Source of the DNA: a virus
Lineage: Duplodnaviria > Caudoviricetes
IMG/VR virus record: IMGVR_UViG_3300048606_000075
Coordinates: 25,816-89,815 of that record
Length of the DNA: 64,000 nt
Direction: 5' to 3' (one strand)
Position numbers and translations under genes: made by a program. Below, one piece after another: positions 29,001 to 38,726 of this stretch (within the stretch, counting starts at the first letter, position 1; each line of letters opens with the position of its first letter). The notes beneath the pieces were generated by a model that saw only the letters and a program-made list of their open reading frames with translations, did not search any database and was not told where the DNA came from.

Positions 29001-32000
29001 TCAAAGGCTTTGAAATCACACTTCCATTTTTAATATTCTTCTGGCCGAGCAAAGAGATAGAATTTGTATTATATTGATCGCCATTCTTATGGTACTTAGC
29101 CCACAACAACTTATGATGACTAGTTAAACCAGTGGGGTTCTGCATGTTAGCGTGATACAAATACGCATTAACAGTATCTTCGTCCCAACCGGTGTACTGG
29201 GACACACCACCCTCGGGCCACGAACCAGGCGGCTCTTTACCTGCGGGAAGCTCACCCGGAATGGCCGGAGCTACGGTCTTCTTGGTGAACCCGTTCTTGT
29301 TGTCTGGATGCAGTGGCGAGCCGGGGTGTCCCATCTTCCCCTTGTGACTCTTAACATTGGACGCCTCGATCTCGTACGCCTTGTCCCACTCACCTTTAGT
29401 CCAATGATCCAACCAAGCAACAACATTGGCTTTGGACTGAGTAGACATGTGCAAGCCAACGGCATGTGGATTAGGCGCCTTCTCAGCAAGCTGACCTATC
29501 TTGTACAATAAGGTAGGCTTATCAAAACTAGCAAAATTAGTATTGCCAGGAACACTGACATTAGGGATGTCAACAGTATTGCTAGACAAGTTCGGAGTAG
29601 AAGGCTCTGGATCCTGGGGCAACGGGATCGGCTCCGAAACCGGCAGGCCGTCGAACGCACTGTCGAACTGCTTAACAATGCTTGCTGGTGAGAAATCCTT
29701 TAGTAGCTTTCCATCGCCACTTATCGACTGCATATGTCCATCAGGCGTGAACTTGTAATGCTGAACAGCAGGCGGACTAAAATACCCATTCTTACCAGCT
29801 ATGTATATATTCTGATTAAACTTTATAGCCTTCTGAAAACCCTTAGAAAGCGGAGTAGTATTAATGTCCCAAGTATCCTGATATCCAGCTTTCTTAGCCT
29901 TGACGACTAAATCATCCAACTTCTGCTGATCAGGATCCGGAACATTCACGTCCGGCGCCTTCACCTCTGGCTTGTCAGCAGCGTATTCCACGGTGTGTGG
30001 CTTGAACCCGGCTGAGCCGCCCACCAGATAGGCCGCGAGCGCTTCCGACGACATCGAGTCGGGTCCATCCGGACCCACATGCACAGTGGATCCATCCCCC
30101 AGGGAGTACTCACCGATCAGATGCCCGTGTGAATCTTTGTTGGCACCCTTCATCCAGGAAGGGAGATCTACCTTCTCGGAAGTCGGAGACTTCCCCATCG
30201 ACTGGACATGTGGCTTAGCCACATTCACATGGGTCAGCGAGTCACCGAACTCAGCGTCCTGCACCAACACCGAACCATCCGGGAACACCGTGACACCGCC
30301 AGATTCATCTGGATAGTGTCCGACCTCTACACCATTAACATGAGGCTTACCGTTATCCTCAGATGAATCTGAAATCTTATTCCAGTTACCACTATCAATA
30401 GCTTGCTTTATAACATCAGCAGTAAGATTGGTCTTCTCTTTAGAATGGTGATTTGTCATATAACCAGTGCCGTCTGGATTGACGGTCAGCGACGAGACGG
30501 GAGCACCGGGAGATGTGTACACACCCGGACCAGGCTGATCTGGATCTGCATGCTTCGCGGTATCCGCCTCGATGCCCTTCTCAGGCTTGGCATCTTCAGG
30601 CGCGAAGTGGTCACCAATCTTCGAGATGATTTCCTGCTCAGATAGCGGACCGAAAGAATTGCCTTGATGCTTCGTAACACTGCCGTCTGGATGAATGTCA
30701 TAATCTATATCAGCGGCGTTATCCGCATCATCAGAGAAACTAACACCGTGCTCGCTCTTCAATGCACTCTGGAAAGACGCGGCGAAGCCTTCTGTCTTCT
30801 TCAGGGTTGGAGCGGCCTTGGCGGCTTCGATGATTCCGGCGAGCTTCTTGGAAGACGTTCCCGAGACTTCCGTGATCGCCGGCTTGGCGCTCGAAGCCTC
30901 GGGCACAGCTGGCTCGGCATGAGCCGAATCCATCTCATCGGCCTTAGCCTGAAGTATGGTCGCAACAGCATCCTTAAGCTTGCCGTAGTGAACTTTTCCG
31001 TTGCCTCCCTTGTACGGAGCAGACAACGGATCGCTTTCGATATACGCCTTGATATCCACCTTGGACAACGGTGAATTGATGTCCTTCAACGGACCCTTCA
31101 CGCCGGTCGACGGAGAGTTCTTCACCGCGTTGGCCGCGTCGATCAGATCTTGCTTAGTAACCTTCTGCCCACCGATGACCAGGTGACCCGGAGCGGCCGG
31201 AGCCTTGGGTGGGTTCTCCTTCTGGAACGTGATGTCATCGATCTTCTTCTGCACCGCATCGGACAGCGCGGCCTTCATGCCCTGCGGGTCATCCGGAGCG
31301 GGAATGCCCAGCGCCTTGAGCATGGTTCCCGGGCCAGCCTTGGAGAACTCGTTGCCCTTGACCTGAACGGTGTGGCCCTCAGACTGCGCGCTCTCCGCGT
31401 CGACCAGGTTCTTGTACTGCTTGAGCTGATTCAGCGTGCCTGCCGGAACGCCTGGGAGATTCACCTGTGGGGAGGTGTCCTCCACCTTCGGGGCGGGGCC
31501 CGCCGAGGTGATCGGGGAAGGCTCTGGGCTATCTAAATGCTTGTTCAGTTCCTTATGGATATTGGCGTTCTTCTCGTGCGCTGGTGCGGGAGAGCCGAAC
31601 TTATCCCCGGTCATGAAGTCCCAAGACAAGCCCAGGGCCAGCGGGTTGTGTGACATCTCCTTGAGCTTCTGCTTCCAACTGGAATCAGTGCTCATGTCAA
31701 TGCCATCAAAGAACTTCTGCATCTCCAGGATCTGCGCCTGGGTCGCGTTCACACCCCACACATTCTTGGTGGGCTCCGGGGTGGGGATAGACGGCAGCGG
31801 CGTCGCGGGATGCGAAGTCTGGTGCTTGTCCAACGCATCCTGCAGCAACGCAATGACAGCTGGCTTCAACTTGCCGTAGTGAACTACTCCGGTGCCGCCC
31901 TTAAATGCATCGGTGACGCTAGAGCTATTGGCCAAACCTTGCAGGTCCGCCTTGGCTAACGGGGAGCCGGCCGCCTTGAGCGGCTTCTTCACCCCGGTCT

Positions 32001-34485
32001 CGTTCTTAGGTGAGGCGTTCAGCGCATCCAACGCGGACGAGATCGCCGCAGGCGGATACGGAACGCCGTCCACACTGATGAACCCGGGGCCGTTGTTCTT
32101 GTGGCTATGGCCGTTGGCCTCCGGATCAACGGCATGCAGAGCACTGTGGATCGCTTCATGATCGGCGTGGCCCAGCGAGCCCTGGTGGTCCTTGAGACCG
32201 TGATTCTCCTCCAGGTGGGCAACGGCGGGCGCCTCCGACTTAGGCGTGGATCCGGTGGACGCGAGCGCGTCCTTCAGCACGTGGATCAGCGCTGGCTTTG
32301 TCTTGTTATTGTAGTACGCCTTGAACGGCGCGGCGACCGCGTGGAAATTGCCGGCCGCGAGCGGAGAACCGACCTTCTTCAGGTCTCCCGCCACGTTGCC
32401 AGACGGGTTGTCCTCCAGCGCGTGGATCGCGTTCTGCAGCTGGCCCGAGGTCATCTCGAAGCCGCCGACCAGCGCCTTACCGGTACCCGGAGCGGGCATT
32501 GAGTCCTTGATCGAGTCGCCATCACCCGAGACGTTGTTGAGCTTGGCGATCTGCGATGCGCGAGCGGACGGGTTGTCCGGCCCACCGATCTTGGTGGCCT
32601 GCACGCCCGCGCCCTGCGGGTTGTACTTGATCAGGTCTCCGTCAGGGTTCAGGACATAGAGCGTGTCCTTGGACTTGCCTGACTTGTAGACCTGGGCACC
32701 CTCCTTGACCTGCACCGAGTGCTCACCAACGGAGAACAGCGACGGTCCACCCGAGACCGCGTCTCCGTGCCCGCCATCGGGTGCCTCAGCCTTGGTCGAA
32801 GCGGAAGCGCTTGCGCTGCTCTCGCCGGCCCCAGCGCCTGCTCCCGCGTCGCCTTCCGAGACATGGCCAGAGTCGGCCGAGACAGATCCGGAATCGCTTG
32901 AAGCTGACCCGGAGTCGCCAGAAGACTTGTCTTTCTCAGCCTTCTTCTGCGCGTCCATTTCATCAAGCTTCTTGTGCCAGTCACTCTTAAAGCCCTCTGG
33001 CTCAGTCTCAACAGTCTTGCCTAAATACCCCTTAGCAATTTGCTTAATAGCTGTCTCTTTGAGTGGAATAGACTTCTCAAAGTTCTTAGAATGCAGTCTT
33101 CCGGTACCGTTATCGTGAACTTCAACGCCGCCATGAGAAGGGTGATTAGGGGTCAGATAGTGCCCAGGCGGGAGGGTGCCCTGCTTCTTCTGATCCTCGG
33201 TCGGCTCCAGCACGGGACCCGGACCGTCCGGATCAGGGACATCGGGATCGTCCGAAATCTTCTTCACGTTGCCGTGAGAATCGTGCAAAGTTAAGAACTG
33301 CGCAGTGCTCGCAGCATCAGCATCTTCGGTCTTGCCCTTATGAATGGACGTAGAAGTACCATCCTGATGCACAACAGTATGTGTGTCATCATCACTACCA
33401 GGAAGATCCACACTATAAGTGCCGGGCTTCCACGTCAAATCAGGCTTACCACCCTTGGGGGTGGCGGCCTTCGCTCCCTGTGCCTTAGCCGACAACGCCT
33501 TGGCTTGCTGTGGAGTCACAGACTTGACCTTCATAGCCGGAGCTGCGCTCTCCGGAATCTTCAGACCAGTCTGCGTGTCATAATAGTAACCAGAAACCTG
33601 CTGAACCTTGCCATCAACCACGCGCGTATAAGCACCAACATGCACGATAGTGGCAGCTATGTACTGCGAGCGATCCTTCTCGGATGCGCTCACGAACCAC
33701 TCGGCGTACGCGCGCATGCTCGCGGGCGAGGCACCGGAGCCGGACAGCGAGATCTGATCGGGGAAAATCATCACCAGACTGCACCGACAGTTCGGATGTC
33801 TCGGCGGACCTTCCAGCTTGCCCAGATAGGCAGCCGGCTCAGAAGCCGGTACAGGGAATGCATCACCCAACGGCACATGCACCCCGTGCAAGCGCAGACA
33901 CAGCCCACACGGCGGCGTCAGCAGGTCGAATCGAGCCACCCAGAGCTTGTGCATCTCCGCGCCCAAGGACTCCACCACCGAGGCGAACACCAGCTCGGTA
34001 GCCACCCCACGGCCAGACTGCACCGCTGACACCACGGCGAGCACCGCACGGCGGCGCAGCTCTACCGAGATCTCATCCCTGGTACCGCCGGCCTTCACCA
34101 CAGCAACTTGCCCAACGAGAAAATCTTTAATTATCTTGTCTATGATATCCGAATTAGGAATATCAATCTGAGAAGGTGCATCGATCGAAAGCACGCTAAG
34201 CTGTTGTTGCGCGAACCTGGTGCCCTCCTCCAACCCGGAGGACCACGCACGCCGGATCAGCGCGACCGCCGCCGCGAGCAACACGGCCGTGAGAATCGGA
34301 GAAGGATCGTCCTCCTCATCCTCCGAACCACCCGCTACAGCCACCTCCACCACCGGATAGAGCTGCTGCACCTGAGCAACAAGCTGATCCTCAGCCGTCA
34401 TCGACTGAGCGCGAGACTGATCCACAAGCTGTAGCTGTTGGATCAAGTCTTGCTCGGTTTGAATGACCTGAACCGGAGCGGTCAC
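26005..34485 (-). CDS. giant MuF (gp7/gpF-like) minor head protein with HipA/PI3K-like kinase and putative C-terminal ADP-ribosyltransferase domain
   Basis: KLW...CGLCLRLHG...PPRHPNCRCSL (MuF); FLFKV, AEIEHAAHQLA, DYVTSNDDAHDDNFLL, IPIDIARAF (kinase); THSL..GGLLS..VFTRL..NETL (ART-like). Overlaps the portal stop. Confidence 0.82.
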   Translation of the reverse strand: MTAPVQVIQTEQDLIQQLQLVDQSRAQSMTAEDQLVAQVQQLYPVVEVAVAGGSEDEEDDPSPILTAVLLAAAVALIRRAWSSGLEEGTRFAQQQLSVLSIDAPSQIDIPNSDIIDKIIKDFLVGQVAVVKAGGTRDEISVELRRRAVLAVVSAVQSGRGVATELVFASVVESLGAEMHKLWVARFDLLTPPCGLCLRLHGVHVPLGDAFPVPASEPAAYLGKLEGPPRHPNCRCSLVMIFPDQISLSGSGASPASMRAYAEWFVSASEKDRSQYIAATIVHVGAYTRVVDGKVQQVSGYYYDTQTGLKIPESAAPAMKVKSVTPQQAKALSAKAQGAKAATPKGGKPDLTWKPGTYSVDLPGSDDDTHTVVHQDGTSTSIHKGKTEDADAASTAQFLTLHDSHGNVKKISDDPDVPDPDGPGPVLEPTEDQKKQGTLPPGHYLTPNHPSHGGVEVHDNGTGRLHSKNFEKSIPLKETAIKQIAKGYLGKTVETEPEGFKSDWHKKLDEMDAQKKAEKDKSSGDSGSASSDSGSVSADSGHVSEGDAGAGAGAGESSASASASTKAEAPDGGHGDAVSGGPSLFSVGEHSVQVKEGAQVYKSGKSKDTLYVLNPDGDLIKYNPQGAGVQATKIGGPDNPSARASQIAKLNNVSGDGDSIKDSMPAPGTGKALVGGFEMTSGQLQNAIHALEDNPSGNVAGDLKKVGSPLAAGNFHAVAAPFKAYYNNKTKPALIHVLKDALASTGSTPKSEAPAVAHLEENHGLKDHQGSLGHADHEAIHSALHAVDPEANGHSHKNNGPGFISVDGVPYPPAAISSALDALNASPKNETGVKKPLKAAGSPLAKADLQGLANSSSVTDAFKGGTGVVHYGKLKPAVIALLQDALDKHQTSHPATPLPSIPTPEPTKNVWGVNATQAQILEMQKFFDGIDMSTDSSWKQKLKEMSHNPLALGLSWDFMTGDKFGSPAPAHEKNANIHKELNKHLDSPEPSPITSAGPAPKVEDTSPQVNLPGVPAGTLNQLKQYKNLVDAESAQSEGHTVQVKGNEFSKAGPGTMLKALGIPAPDDPQGMKAALSDAVQKKIDDITFQKENPPKAPAAPGHLVIGGQKVTKQDLIDAANAVKNSPSTGVKGPLKDINSPLSKVDIKAYIESDPLSAPYKGGNGKVHYGKLKDAVATILQAKADEMDSAHAEPAVPEASSAKPAITEVSGTSSKKLAGIIEAAKAAPTLKKTEGFAASFQSALKSEHGVSFSDDADNAADIDYDIHPDGSVTKHQGNSFGPLSEQEIISKIGDHFAPEDAKPEKGIEADTAKHADPDQPGPGVYTSPGAPVSSLTVNPDGTGYMTNHHSKEKTNLTADVIKQAIDSGNWNKISDSSEDNGKPHVNGVEVGHYPDESGGVTVFPDGSVLVQDAEFGDSLTHVNVAKPHVQSMGKSPTSEKVDLPSWMKGANKDSHGHLIGEYSLGDGSTVHVGPDGPDSMSSEALAAYLVGGSAGFKPHTVEYAADKPEVKAPDVNVPDPDQQKLDDLVVKAKKAGYQDTWDINTTPLSKGFQKAIKFNQNIYIAGKNGYFSPPAVQHYKFTPDGHMQSISGDGKLLKDFSPASIVKQFDSAFDGLPVSEPIPLPQDPEPSTPNLSSNTVDIPNVSVPGNTNFASFDKPTLLYKIGQLAEKAPNPHAVGLHMSTQSKANVVAWLDHWTKGEWDKAYEIEASNVKSHKGKMGHPGSPLHPDNKNGFTKKTVAPAIPGELPAGKEPPGSWPEGGVSQYTGWDEDTVNAYLYHANMQNPTGLTSHHKLLWAKYHKNGDQYNTNSISLLGQKNIKNGSVISKPLTAPVPTYGPGQVVPLPHDFPSIDLSKKAAVNLDDSQANTYLDKMGTPKVASFLKKQSLQTKQELISLHAVSAATSNDNTFKEPAVAKKQLGDLLTSIKSSSHWDENSTKELMYSVLSEGANKTFTKDAKQPPLAGHSTIYHVSDENGNPFLFKVAPEPFRAEIEHAAHQLAQLAGIQVATSQLGKFEGQFGQFQAKVPSQSTLKGVSPTSLPVSALKNLMQAHVQDYVTSNDDAHDDNFLLSPDGKHVIPIDIARAFVRFGQPGAVTLKQGQLSNWEQPYYQKVYDAVLAKKLPDASVDELYRASMNQARKTAAVPDKSWSDAMDVGLKNRTNFGMTSAKNKDDLIKQALARKNGLEGEFQKFWDDIYSKLGREKPAPGSNMSKWVHSGFTSEYLDHAEEMGNHGAATFFAGAVLEDGHLLSQVIGKKDGSGKELHISGQLLQQADGNFRAWLEAHVSNDLSGATFDTSTASPEQKFLTDAGLTVFPSAILLAGKTVSHHNKMGDKNYNTMHMEKFEDLKFKLEKKQNDLNGGKVPDAFKDWPEAQLEYANALDFYESQMKKVDDLKATNGQSKMGDFSEYKPTVPPAKVLDNPIDLNKNKPIKVVKKKPVLENSDIGPDGKLTLNGKTGSQGQTGTAYEITLPDGTVINYKSWHPHSNVAKAQHGQLSIKVRDYDGTPTAANEARAALAGMNLDLQDATKDDLQLQYWRSLYGSMGQRSDGKQGIYGEIDKFVAEEIPGGAAGTPAMSAQEELAKWHEAWSRLDKTKFNTFLHEQRYMPRFGRVNPAAPQLFGGQPYWRRFDIDDDWLRQQSMPTHSLSNPSIAPLLVKAGGLLSTENRMQLLGRFIGGASSEADQSHGSSNFVFTRLNGVSPHAQILLSTEVLARTSNYSYGGDNFGEIDNKKSSAHFNMKKQLSHTGSSNETLIKNTVSLLDDIEMITFANQADRQEAIAYLHSHGVTEIRGLPIEDRLVLPANRASALHKIKEHQLTWNPEDEL

Positions 34486-36122
34486 TAGACACTCAACTCA
34501 CTTAGAGCAGCAGTCACCGCATCCTGATCTGCGGATGTCAACGCCAAAACCTCAGGGTCCAGCCACGCCCGAGCGCTGGGCAATCCGTCCGCGCTCAACT
34601 GCGACGGCAGAGCCGGCAAGTTCGTCGGGGCCGATCCTCCAGCGGGCAGCGCGGGGGCTCCACCCGGAGCGCCTCCAGGCATGCCAGGCGGCTGCTTGCC
34701 GGGGATGAACTGCATGTTCGCCGGGACACCGGGCTGCTGATCGGCCGGGACGGTGGGCAGCGGCTGGAACGGCGGCTCCGCCAGCGGCGGGCCCTGCCCC
34801 TCCATGAAGAACTTGAGAGTCTCCTCGGTCTGCTTGTCGAGAGCCTTCTCCAGCTCCTCGTACTCGATATCCAGACCCATCTCCCCGGCCATGTACTTCT
34901 CCAGCTCCAACAGGAACTTTCGAGTCACGTTCGCGCCGGTACCGATAGACGAAAGCTTATCAAACGTTGTCTTGATAGCTTCCTTCTGCTCTTCGGAGAA
35001 GGGTCCGAACTTCAGCGTTGGATACTTATCATTGCCGAAATTCCAGTCCACAAAACGTGGGGTGAGCCAGTCGTTAAAGACGGCTTCCAGCTCGGCGATG
35101 ATGACATTGACCAGCACCAGGTACATGGAGTCGTTGGGGCCGCCGAAGCTAACCAACGGCGAGCCGCCACCCTGTTGGTCATCCAAGAACGGCGCCAGCA
35201 CCGACTTAGACATCTGGCTGTTGTGGTGGTTGATGAAGTCCATGAACGGGAAGTCACCGAGCGACTTGCCCAGATCCTCCACCGACCACCCGACATCCGG
35301 CACGGTCATCGACTGGGCGAGACCGAAGTCCGCCAGTCCGCGCCGGAACTCTAGAAGCTCGTTCGGGTGCGCATTCTTGGGGTACTTACCCAGCCGAGAG
35401 CCCACGGCCCGGTGCTGCGCGGCGAGGTGCGCCAGGTAGTACAGCTTGATCTTTTTGTCATAGTGATAGAACGCGGCATTGAAGTAGGAGACACCGTAGA
35501 ACGGATTCTCCTCTTCCGAGCAGGAATAATAGATCGAAGTCTTAGCGTCGATGTGTTCGTCAATTACTTTGCCGTTAGGCGTGACAGTACGCTGTCTAAA
35601 CCCGTCATAGTCACCTTGCTCTGTCACCACGAAAGATACAGTGTCAGATGGGCGGTACGCAATTTTGTCTAGTGTGTACTTGCCCTTGAGTGGGCCCTTC
35701 TTGGGCCGCGTATAGACCAGCTCGAACGGGGAGAACCCGTCCACCGTGGCCAGCAGCATCTGCGAGACCACCCGAGTGAACGGGGTCTTCATGCCGCCGT
35801 TCACCGCCGGCAGGGTGAACAGCTGGGTGACGAATTCCGCCTCTTTGTCCCCACCATCAGCGGGGATCCACGTGGCGCGCTTCGCGGCTGCCCGGGCAGG
35901 CATGGTGAGCAGCCGAAACAGCGCGCGGGCCTGCCCATCCTGGCGGCGCATCTCGGTGAGCTGCTTGACCGAGGGAACATCGGTCCGGCCCAGCGTGAAC
36001 GACTTGCCGTATTGATCAAAAGCCTCAGCGAAAGGCATGCCGGCAAGCCGGACACCCATCTCCTGATTTAGATCCTTGGCTGTCGGCTTGGCCATTTCCA
36101 AGACGCCGTCATTCTTGGCCAC
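34485..36122 (-). CDS. portal protein (Mu gp29/DUF935-like)
   Basis: Follows terminase; GFSPFELVY and ENPFYGVSYF...A patterns; SD GGAGG 6 nt before GTG 36122. Confidence 0.85.
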   Translation of the reverse strand: MAKNDGVLEMAKPTAKDLNQEMGVRLAGMPFAEAFDQYGKSFTLGRTDVPSVKQLTEMRRQDGQARALFRLLTMPARAAAKRATWIPADGGDKEAEFVTQLFTLPAVNGGMKTPFTRVVSQMLLATVDGFSPFELVYTRPKKGPLKGKYTLDKIAYRPSDTVSFVVTEQGDYDGFRQRTVTPNGKVIDEHIDAKTSIYYSCSEEENPFYGVSYFNAAFYHYDKKIKLYYLAHLAAQHRAVGSRLGKYPKNAHPNELLEFRRGLADFGLAQSMTVPDVGWSVEDLGKSLGDFPFMDFINHHNSQMSKSVLAPFLDDQQGGGSPLVSFGGPNDSMYLVLVNVIIAELEAVFNDWLTPRFVDWNFGNDKYPTLKFGPFSEEQKEAIKTTFDKLSSIGTGANVTRKFLLELEKYMAGEMGLDIEYEELEKALDKQTEETLKFFMEGQGPPLAEPPFQPLPTVPADQQPGVPANMQFIPGKQPPGMPGGAPGGAPALPAGGSAPTNLPALPSQLSADGLPSARAWLDPEVLALTSADQDAVTAALSELSV

Positions 36123-36138
36123 CAACAACCTCCACTAA

Positions 36139-38046
36139 CTATAAACCTGGTAACTTCATAGCACCAGGTCGAAGCATGCTGCCCCACACACCCTCAGCGC
36201 CTACAGGTGCTTCACCGACTAAACCTGAAGTCCAGAACAGCGAACTAGAAGAGTCTTCGTCCCGGTTCGTCGTCGACTCCGAGCCGCCCGTCGTCACGGC
36301 GGTGATGGCCGCACCGCACACCGCATCGGCGAGATCCTTGGACCCGCCGGGCGGGTGGTCAATCTTGCGCTTCTTAGGATCCTGCTGAAGGTGTAGCAGC
36401 TCGTTACGAAGTAACTTAGAGAATGGAATTTCAATTCTTCCGGATTCTATCAGTTGTCGGAGCTGTCGATAAGGCTCTTCCGTCCGGTCCATAGACAGCA
36501 ACGGAGCTTCGATGCCGCCGACCTCCAAGATCTGGCGGCTATCCACCGACTGCCACCCATCCATGGAAGCGGCCATGATCGAAAAACCACGCTGCTGCAG
36601 CTCGAACACCAGCTGGCGATAGAACCGAAGCTGGATCTCCCGAGGTGGGTCCGCGTCCAGGTCCGCGTCCAGCGCCAGAGCGGCGTCCACCTTGACGACA
36701 GGCTCCTCATCCCATTCGATGATCCTGCCTGTATCGATGTCTCGCTTAGCGTACTTATCCCACACCACCACGTGCGCCAACGCGAACCCGGCGCGGTCTC
36801 CGTTCAGCGCGAGGTCGCAGTGTGTCGCATAAACAGCACCATCAGCCGGCTGCAGGGACTGCGGGATGACGAACCGGGGGTGCCAGGCGCCTCGGGCGTA
36901 CTCCCAATGCACCTCGATATCCGGCGTGTCTACCATCGCCGAGTCCACCGCGTTCTCCGAGCGGAAGTACGGCGGCAACATGGTGCGCTCGGGCATGCAC
37001 AGATAGGCGGCACGGGCCCACGCCGGCTCTCGCTCGAAGTCCGCCACCAACTCCTCGGGCACTGGCACCGGAGAGATGGTGGGATCTAACGTCTTGAATG
37101 TAGTACGCGCCAACAGTGGATTAAAATTCCACGATGGCATAGGACCAATGATGAAATGCTTAGACTCGTCTCCCTTTGCCTCGATATCATCCTTAGACTC
37201 CTCGTGCAACTGCAAGATAGGAGATCCGTGATACCGAGGATACGAAATACGGACATTCTTAAATGTCCGTGGGAAACGAGTCACAGAGGATGACCGGAGC
37301 ATCTTGATGATGCCCTCCGCCGAGCGCATCGGAGTGCGCGTACTGCCACCACCGGTGCGGGCGATGTCCTCCGCTGTGCGGAAGGCATCGATCTCATCCG
37401 CCACACCGAGGATCAGGTTCAGGCCCTCCTGGGTCTCCGCATCGCTAGACCCAGAGACGGACGCGAGCCCGCCCTGCCATTCGATCGTGTTCTTAAGTGG
37501 ATTGCACTTATCTCTGAACCAGCCTCTGCGCACGATACGTGTCATAGGCTCGAAGTACGCTCGACGTGCCTGGTCCTTGGTCGAGGCCACGTTGAGCATG
37601 TGGATGGACTCGCTGTCCGGCATACCAAAGTAGCCACGCGGGTCTTTCAGGCATAACAGCAGGTACGCGATACGCAACGCCATGAGCCGGGCGATCAAGT
37701 CCTTGCCACCGCCCTTACCTACCAGCAAGGTCAGGAAGTTCTTCATCGGGATCGGCGCCCAGTAGTCGCCGAACTCTTCCTGCATGAGTGGGTACAGCTC
37801 GGGATAGAACACCCGCTCCGCGACCCGGAGAGCGGTCGCCTGTGGGGCCGACAGCGGGGACATGCCGATGAACTTCTTGTCTTGGATGAAGACATCCAGG
37901 GTCACCGGCTCTTCCGCGAACAGGTCATCCACCGCCGCACGGGCGGTGGACATGCCGGTGGTGTCACCCTCGTTGGCCAGCGACATCAGCCAGGCACTGG
38001 GTGAAACCGAGTCAGGCTGCTCTAGGGCACGTCGACGTGGAGGCAT
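36139..38046 (-). CDS. terL: terminase large subunit
   Basis: Walker A LVGKGGGKD, Walker B LGVADEID, nuclease HCDLA...D, SMDGWQS and KDLADA; no intein seen. Confidence 0.92.
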   Translation of the reverse strand: MPPRRRALEQPDSVSPSAWLMSLANEGDTTGMSTARAAVDDLFAEEPVTLDVFIQDKKFIGMSPLSAPQATALRVAERVFYPELYPLMQEEFGDYWAPIPMKNFLTLLVGKGGGKDLIARLMALRIAYLLLCLKDPRGYFGMPDSESIHMLNVASTKDQARRAYFEPMTRIVRRGWFRDKCNPLKNTIEWQGGLASVSGSSDAETQEGLNLILGVADEIDAFRTAEDIARTGGGSTRTPMRSAEGIIKMLRSSSVTRFPRTFKNVRISYPRYHGSPILQLHEESKDDIEAKGDESKHFIIGPMPSWNFNPLLARTTFKTLDPTISPVPVPEELVADFEREPAWARAAYLCMPERTMLPPYFRSENAVDSAMVDTPDIEVHWEYARGAWHPRFVIPQSLQPADGAVYATHCDLALNGDRAGFALAHVVVWDKYAKRDIDTGRIIEWDEEPVVKVDAALALDADLDADPPREIQLRFYRQLVFELQQRGFSIMAASMDGWQSVDSRQILEVGGIEAPLLSMDRTEEPYRQLRQLIESGRIEIPFSKLLRNELLHLQQDPKKRKIDHPPGGSKDLADAVCGAAITAVTTGGSESTTNRDEDSSSSLFWTSGLVGEAPVGAEGVWGSMLRPGAMKLPGL

Positions 38047-38066
38047 GCTCCAGTCTTCGCGCAGGG

Positions 38067-38726
38067 TCAGATGGCCCAGCCCGGGAGCCAGCCTGGAGGA
38101 GGCGACCACATGTTCTGGAAGGCTTCTAGCACCGTGGCGGGGAACGGATCCTTCGAACCAGCACGAGCCGCGACAAACGCCTCCGCGACCAGCTCGTGTG
38201 AGTCTATATGAGCCATCCCAGACAGAGCATCAGCCGCGTCATCACGGCGCACGCCGGACTCGCGCTCCAGGAAACACACGAAGTCCTCGACGCCCTGCTC
38301 AAAATCATGTAGATACCGACGAGCTAGGTCCATCTTCATGAGTAGGTGTCCCCACTCATGAACAAGAACTTCCTCAAAAGTGCTGCCCACAGAGCGATTG
38401 ACAATATTCAGACCTAGTAGTTCAGCATCAGATAAATCGCTTCGCAAAGCATGCTTAGACACATCAAGATGCCCAGAAACAGTGTGAAAAGTAGATATGC
38501 GAGACACCGCATAGGAGGGGGGCTTGAGAGACCGACTAGCTGAGACTTCGAGGACGGCTCCGGCGAGCCGGGGCCACTCTGCGGACAACTCCTCGATGAC
38601 ACGGGTCAGCCTGACACCGTAGACGCTACGTGCAATGTGCTTGTCAATTCTCACACGCTCCAAAACACCGCCAGGCCCATAGAAGCCACTGAGCGGCTTG
38701 GTGTGGGGTAGCAGGTCTATCGCCAT
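38067..38726 (-). CDS. zincin metallopeptidase-like protein
   Basis: VLVHEWGHLL and ELVAEAF; own putative promoter TTGTCA-N17-TAGTAC 6 nt before the ATG. Confidence 0.75.
   Translation of the reverse strand: MAIDLLPHTKPLSGFYGPGGVLERVRIDKHIARSVYGVRLTRVIEELSAEWPRLAGAVLEVSASRSLKPPSYAVSRISTFHTVSGHLDVSKHALRSDLSDAELLGLNIVNRSVGSTFEEVLVHEWGHLLMKMDLARRYLHDFEQGVEDFVCFLERESGVRRDDAADALSGMAHIDSHELVAEAFVAARAGSKDPFPATVLEAFQNMWSPPPGWLPGWAI

Noticed and set aside
36139-38046. Intein in terminase, DnaX or endolysin
   Set aside because: No C/S...HN splice motifs or embedded endonuclease; lengths are normal.
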